From: Azolla caroliniana
Taxonomy: Eukaryota > Plantae > Polypodiophyta
Reading direction: 5' to 3'
Length of the DNA stretch: 64,000 nucleotides
Assembly: GCA_043228905.1 (NCBI GenBank)
Contig: JBHGNT010000007.1
Coordinates: 3,286,001-3,350,000, forward strand
Below, in pieces: positions 61,397-64,000 of this stretch. The notes below the pieces were generated by a model that ran no database searches, was not told where the DNA came from, and saw only the letters and a list, made by a program, of their open reading frames with translations. Every line of letters begins with the position of its first letter. Position 1 is the first letter of the stretch. The position numbers were made by a program, and so were the translations under genes.

Positions 61397-63200
61397 TTTC
61401 TGTGTCGTTTCGCTCTGATACCACTTGACGGGAACTCAACGCTCCTTATGCACAACGCTCGGCCACAACCGAGCTTAGAATCATACACAGAAAACAGAAA
61501 ACGGAAAACACGCGACACAAAGGAGAAGAAAAAATGTACACAAGATGTTTACGTGGAAAACCCAAACTAAGGGAAAAACCACGGACAACACCTGATCCTT
61601 CATCTTCAAAGGTGACAGCCATAGCTTTCGGCTGTGGTCGTCTATGAATGTCATGAAGTACTGCGATCCGGCATGTGACTTCATGTCCAATTGGCATACA
61701 TCGGTATGCACAAGTTCCAGTGGGGCCTTCCGTCTCATCGGTGGTCTTGACCAGAAAGAGGTTCGCTTTTACTTACCGGCCAAGCACTCAGTGCACTTCT
61801 CAAGATGCACGTCTTTCACCTCCGGAATGAGGTTATTTTCGGCAAGTCTTCTCATCCCTTTCTAGCTCATGTGACACAACCTCTTGTGCCACAACTCACC
61901 GGCATTTTCAGATGCCACGTTCACTTCCTCCCGGTAGTGTGTTGATCTTCCGGGCTCGGCCCATGATCAGGCTCCCTTTGCAAAACTTCATGACTCTGTT
62001 CCGGATGCTACCCATGTAGCCTTCATCATCTAACCGACCGATTGATATCAAGTTCAACCGAACCTCCAGAACATGTCAGACACCCTTCAACAACAACTTG
62101 CACACGGTTGACGTTGTCAACCACACGTCTCCTATGTCGATAATTCAGCATGCACCTACATTTCCCATCCGGACAGAACCGTGATCTCTAGCTCTATACG
62201 ATGAGAAGCACTTCCGATCATGTGTAAGATGGAACGACGCTCCAGAGTCAACCACCCAGGTCGTTTCATCGCCGACAAGATGCAGCTCACTCTCCTCGGT
62301 GATTAACAACAGTTCTTCTTCGCTTGTCGAGATCGTCGACGTTCTTTTCCGATCCAAACTCCTCCAGTACGGACCCTTCTTCGAGTTAGCATTGTCGGTT
62401 CCTTTCTCCTTTCGGAAGTGTCGGTAATTCTTTTGGATGTGCCCCGGTTTCCGCAATAAAAGTAAATGGGCCTCCCCCTTGACTTTGACCTCGTCCCCGA
62501 TCTGTCCCGGTTTTAGGAACTCTGATTCCGGCCTCTTCCCCAGTTATGGTCATCTTCCATGACCAAGGCCTTCGAATCGGTTCTAGACTACCGATCCTTC
62601 CGGCGAGCCTCTTCATCCAGCAGGCTTGATTTTACCCTTGCCAGGGACAACTGTTTTCCTTCCGGCCTGGCGTTGCCCAAAGTGACAACTAGTGTCTCCC
62701 AACTATCTGGGAGGGAACCGAGCAGGAGCAATGCAAGTACCTCATCGGCTAGAGGTACTTCCGACGAGGTTGACTGGTTTATGAGCCCCTGGAATGCATT
62801 CATGTGCTCCGCCATGTTGGATCCGTCTTGGTACCAGAGTCTCACTAACTTTCGGAATACCAAAACCCAATTTAAAACATTCTTGCTCTCCAACATGGTG
62901 CTGATTTTCTCCTAGAGCACATGTGGCGTACTTTCTTCATTAAAGTTGTTGTACATGCTCATGTCGATGAAGCACCGAATGTATGTTGTCATCTTCATAT
63001 GCATCACCTCCCATGTCGTGGCATCGATCTTGTTCGGCCTCTTGTCTCCAAACTACACCGGTAACCAAAGATCTTTGACCACGAGCATGTCCTTCATCTT
63101 CGACTTCCACATTGGATAGTTGGAGTCAATGAGCTTGAACATGCTTACAAATGACTCTTCCATTTTCTTAAAGCTTTAGAACCTTGCTCTGATACCAGTT

Positions 63201-63460
63201 TGTGCGGAATGGGGCTTGGCCACAACCGAGTCTTAAACACTCAATGGAAGAAGGCAAGAAATGAAAATAAGACTAATGCAGCTTACACAGAATAAGACGA
63301 CACAAGATGTTAACGTGGAAAACCCTAAATTGGGAAAAACCACGGGAGCCCATAGACTCCAACTATCACTATAAGAAGAGGATACCAAGCGAGACTCGGA
63401 GGCAACGACCTTGAGCTCTATGTCTTCGCCAACCAATGGTTACAACAGAAAAGCCTTCTG

Positions 63461-63507
<47 letters not shown>

Positions 63508-63745
63508 ATCTCTATCTTTTACAACAGTCATAACAACAACTCTTGCAACTACTACAAAGTAGTTGCCCTAAGTCATATTTATACTTATATGACTTTAGGA
63601 CTATTTACAAATATGGCCATCCATGATAGGCCCTCTAGAAACATCTTTACAGATATGTCCCTGGATCCGGTTCACACCGGATACGTCCGATCCGGCTCCT
63701 CTGATTCTCATCTGGATCCCATCCGGAGGGACTGAATTCCAAACA
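63201..63745 (-). repeat. C1 5' LTR (diverged K-family LTR)
   Basis: Adjoins the PBS; shares GGCCACAACCGA, GTTGCCCTAAGTCATATTTATAC and CATCCGGAGGGAC blocks with the K LTRs. Confidence 0.85.
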
Positions 63746-63960
63746 TTTCGGGTGCGAGGCGTACGCCCTCATACCGAAAGACAATCGCCGCAAACTTTGT
63801 TTAGGACTACATCATTTCAGGGATAATCAGCCTCTAGAAGATATCTACATCTGATAATGTTGTAGATGGGATGACCAAGTGTCTTTCGGCAGATCGATTC
63901 CGATCCCTTAGGCACCAAATGGGCGTAATAAAGAATCAATCTGATTGAGTCGGAGACTCA
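63746..63960 (+). pseudogene. Internally deleted Copia remnant C0 (IN C-terminal motif joined to RNaseH end); host of C1
   Basis: FGCEAYALIPKDNRRKL followed shortly by ISTSDNVVDGMTKCL...FRSLRHQMG. Confidence 0.7.
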
Positions 63961-64000
63961 GGATGGTTTCGAACAACCATCATCAACAATTTGAGATTTC

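Larger units (their letters stand above)
50944..61584 (-). mobile_element. Ty1/Copia element K2; 3' LTR 50944-51512, PBS 61412-61423, truncated 5' LTR 61426-61584; split by E
   Basis: Same family as K1; coding 51523-52499 + 58329-61396; tRNA-iMet PBS. Confidence 0.92.
12383..63745 (-). mobile_element. Ty1/Copia element C1 (Tnt1/Tork-like, K family), outermost host. Pieces: 12383-12969 (RT), 49783-50943 (IN), 61585-63163 (gag-PR-IN start), PBS 63186-63197, 5' LTR 63201-63745; 3' end outside window
   Basis: Pieces join colinearly once the insertions are removed. Motifs QDEMDS, FDEIFA, LLLY.DDMLIV, FGCL.Y.HV, WVVDSGASFH. PBS TGGTATCAGAGC (tRNA-iMet). Confidence 0.88.

Overview
Eukaryotic, almost certainly plant, heterochromatin-like DNA made entirely of decayed LTR retrotransposons nested up to six levels deep. 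I see no host gene, rRNA, intact tRNA or CRISPR array. One Tnt1/Tork-like Copia (C1, minus strand, 5' LTR 63201-63745) hosts everything from <1 to 63745. Inside it are: five copies of one GC-rich Ty3/Gypsy family (G1-G5); a non-autonomous derivative of that family (E, 52500-58324) plus an E solo LTR; two more C1-family Copias (K1, K2) plus a K solo LTR; an AT-rich Copia (C2); and a chromovirus/Copia chimera with inverted ends (X, 13353-16879). The G family is the main finding. All five of its insertions with both junctions readable, plus one single flank, show a 4-bp CpG-centred target site, (A/C)CG(T/G). It primes on tRNA-Trp, has a D-H-G protease motif, and appears to express RT-RH-IN through a -1 frameshift placed after the protease (G_GAU_UUU_UAG plus a candidate pseudoknot with compensatory changes). 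It also carries at least five different LTR bodies between conserved termini. All coding copies carry stops or frameshifts, and many stops are C>T changes. Coordinates and divergences were read by eye and may be off by a few bases.
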